A DNA stretch of 37,119 nt. Source: Candidatus Methylomirabilia bacterium (GTDB lineage: Bacteria > Methylomirabilota > Methylomirabilia > Rokubacteriales > CSP1-6). Below, one piece after another: positions 34,424-37,119 of this stretch (position 1 is the first letter of the stretch; every line of letters starts with the position of its first letter). The notes beneath the pieces are model-generated. The model saw nothing but the letters and a program-made list of their open reading frames with translations, did not search any database and was not told the DNA's origin. Where the stretch lies: positions 1-37,119 of the forward strand of contig JBGPXN010000029.1 of the NCBI GenBank assembly GCA_041492755.1, read 5' to 3'. Position numbers and translations under genes: made by a program.

Positions 34424-36655
34424 ATGGTGGCGTTCCTTCTCCTGAATGGCGGGGCCGTCGTCGCCGCCGTCCTCATCGCCACGGCGCTGGGGCTTGGCAG
34501 GCGGAGAGGGCGGCTGCTTCTCGGGACGCTGTCCGGCTACCTCGTTCTCATCCATTCTCTGATCCTCGGCGCCGGGCTTCTGGGCCAACTCACCGTACGA
34601 GGTGTGGCGAGGCTCCTCGCCGTGGCGATGGTCGGAGCCGTGTGGACGGCGTATCGCATGACGCCGGATCAGGCGCGCGCGAGGCAGGCTCACGAGCGTC
34701 TCACTCCGCATCACGATCGCTCGTGCCGGCCGGTGGAATTCGCGGCCGCGACGCTGCTGGCTCCGCTGGCCGCGATCGTCCTCGCCACCACCTGGACGTG
34801 GCCGCATCTCTTCGAGGCCACGCGCCTGTGGATCTGGGACGACTACACGTACCACATGGTCTATCCCGCGCTGTGGCTGCGCGAGCACACGATCGCCGCG
34901 GTGGCGTCGGCGCACGCCTTCACGATGCAGGCGTGGTATCCGCTGTCGGCGAGCGTCGTGGCCGCGTGGTTCATGCTGCCGTTCCCCGGCATGCGCGGCG
35001 ACGCCCTCGCCTGGGTCAGCCTCACCGGCCCGCTCTACGCCGGCATCGTCGCCGCCGGTGTTGCCGAGCTCCTGGCCCGCCTCGGCTGTCGTTCCGGCGC
35101 GTGGGCCGTCCCCCTCGTTCTCTTCGCGACGTCGGATCGAATCGCCATCATGGCCTCGAGCTTCTCCGACGCCGATCTCGCGCAGGCGGCCGCGCTCTTC
35201 GCGGCGTTCGTGTTCGCGGTGCCCCGTGGCGACGTCGAGGGCGGGCGTGAGGTCGGCGCCGACGCGGTCCATGCGGGACTGCTGAGCGGCGTCGCGCTCG
35301 GTGTGAAGGTGAGCGCCGCCACTCCGGCGCTGATCGTCCTGATCATGATGCTGCTCCGGGTGCGGGCGACTTCTTCGGCGCCGGCGCTGCTGGCACGAGT
35401 GGCGGGCGGAGGGATGCCGCCGCGAGCACCGGGCGCCGGGAGCCTCACGGCTGCCCCGGGCGCGTCACGTTCGGTGGGCGGAATTCTCGCCGTCTTCACG
35501 GCGGCGTGGGCGGTAACGGGCGGCTACTGGTATGCACGGAGCGCCATCCACACCGGGAACCCGTTGTATCCGGCCGCATTCTTCTTCTGGCCGGGCGCGA
35601 CGTTTCCGGAGACGACGCTGCGCGAGTACAGCCGCGTGTACGGCGTCGGTCGCACGGTCGCCGACGCGCTTGCCGTGTACCTGAGCTGGCCGCGCTTCCA
35701 CGCCGCGCTCGCCGTCGCCGGGCTGCTTGGTCTGGCGATCTGGCTGCTCGTGCGGCGCAGAGGCATGACGCGATCGCAGTCGTACTTCGGGTGTGGAGCG
35801 CTGGCCATCGCGGCGATCGTGCTGCTCCTGCTGCCGGTGATGCCGTACTCCGCGGGCAACGCGATGACGTTCCGGTCCGGCGTCGTTCACTGGGACAGCC
35901 TGCGGTACGTCGCGCTCCTGCCCCTCCTTGGCTGGGCCGCGCTGGGATTCCTCCTCGACGCTGGCGCCGGAAGCGATCGCGGGAGAACGCTGGCCGCCTT
36001 GGGCATCGTCGCGGGTGCCGTGTGGACTTCGGAAGCGACGCGCCTGACCGCTCCCGTCGTCTGGATCGTCGCGCTGCTGGTGGCGGCGATCCTGGCCTGT
36101 CTCCGGTGGAGGGCAGGCTCCCGGCTGGCGACGCTCCAACGTGTTCGAAGCTATGTCCACGACCGCCGGTGCCCGGGTCGTATCCAGACGCTGGCGGTGG
36201 CGACGGCCGCGATCCTCGTCCTGGGAATCCTCGCCTGGTCGCATGGGAGCAAGGCGGCGGCCACGACGGCGGCCTTCTATCGCGAGCCACTGTTCGGCCC
36301 GGCGCTCGCCGTGCTCGACCGTCAGCCCGCGGGAACCCGGGTGGCCGTGTTCGGCGACCAGTGGGTCTATCCCACCTTCGGCGCGCGGGATCATCTGCGC
36401 CCCGTCCGACTCGATCGTGATGGCCGAATCGCGACCAAGCCGATCGGCGACGCGATGGGGCCCGGAAACCTGACCGTGGACCCCAGGACCTTCCGGTCGA
36501 ATCTCCGGGCATCCGGTGTGGGCCTCGTGGTCGTGGTGCACTTGCCGCATCCGGGACGATCGCCCGACTGGCCCATGCAGCACGCCGCGCTCGACGCCGC
36601 CGGCGACGCGCGGCTTCTCTACCGGGATCGCGCGGTGGCGGTCTGGGAGCTCGGC
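34424..36655 (+). CDS. Large polytopic membrane protein, GT-C/ArnT-PMT-like glycosyltransferase; no stop codon at its apparent end
   Basis: Absent from the ORF track because the frame stays open to the window end. Reads MVAFLLLNGG..., WIWDDYTYH, GYWYARSAIHTGNPLYP, with many TM helices; protein-like sequence ends at AVAVWELG (~36655). Confidence 0.7.
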
Positions 36656-36656
36656 G

Positions 36657-37119
36657 CGGCTGCTCGCGGAGGTCACGGGGCTCGCGCCGCGCCAGGAGGT
36701 GCATCCCGACCTCTGCGTCGCGCTGGGGGCCGGCGTCCTCGCCGCGCGGCTGGCCGGCCACGACATCGACCGCGTGCTGGTCGACGTCTCCCCGTACTCG
36801 TTCGGCCCGTCCTACGTCGGCCTCCTCGACGGCGTCCCCGACGAGCACTGCTACCACCCGATCATCCCGCGCAACACGCCGCTGCCCGCGAGCCGGACCG
36901 ACACGTACTCGACGATGTTCGACAACCAGGAGGCCTGGTGTGTGTGACGCCGAGGGGGAAGGCCCCGGCAACGTCGATGAGGCGGAGGTCGAAGAGACGG
37001 ACGAGCTCGACGCCGAGGATCTGGAGGGCGAGGTGCCCGACGACACCGCGGACCTCGGCCTCGACGCGGCGGATCGCGACGACGTTGAAGCGGGCACCGC
37101 CGCGGACACGGTCGACCCG
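36657..37119 (+). pseudogene. Hsp70/DnaK-family fragment followed by an acidic segment in another frame
   Basis: EVHPDLCVALGAGVLAARLAG, VLVDVSPYSFG, IIPRNTPLPASRTDTYSTMFDNQ resemble DnaK VNPDEAVALGAA / DVTPLSLG / RNTTIP...STAEDNQ. No start and most of the ATPase domain is missing; stop at 36947; a D/E-rich frame begins ~36946. Confidence 0.7.

Noticed and set aside
1..37119. tRNA, rRNA, transposase, integrase or sigma28 promoter
   Set aside because: None recognised by eye; not computationally excluded.

Overview
Very GC-rich bacterial DNA. Gene content and repeat style are compatible with a soil Rokubacteria/Methylomirabilota-like organism, but this is inference only. Bases ~435-25504 form one co-directional (+) flagellar basal-body/hook/export operon behind a perfect sigma54 promoter. 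Its order is dksA/traR-like, sigma54 response regulator, flgBC, fliEFGHIJ, motE-like, fliK, flgDE, fliLM, fliY/N, fliOPQR, flhBAFG, fliA, then a lipoprotein, a small ORF, a SwrB/DUF2802-like membrane protein and a J-domain protein. No flgFGAHI, flgKL, fliC/D, motAB or che genes occur in the window. The rest is accessory: zinc-ribbon genes, a 23-aa repeat protein, an orphan TAXI binding protein, lipoproteins, a dienelactone-hydrolase-like protein lacking its nucleophile, a quinone reductase, hpaB, an SDR, a large GT-C-like membrane protein missed by the ORF track, and three internally deleted gene remnants. The most striking unexplained signal is a family of short palindromic REP/MITE-like elements. 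They sit on translation starts (fliP, 24363, 34424) with flanking direct repeats of the start region, and also in frame inside flhF. A separate 34-bp palindrome with an 8-bp target-site-like duplication lies upstream of hpaB.
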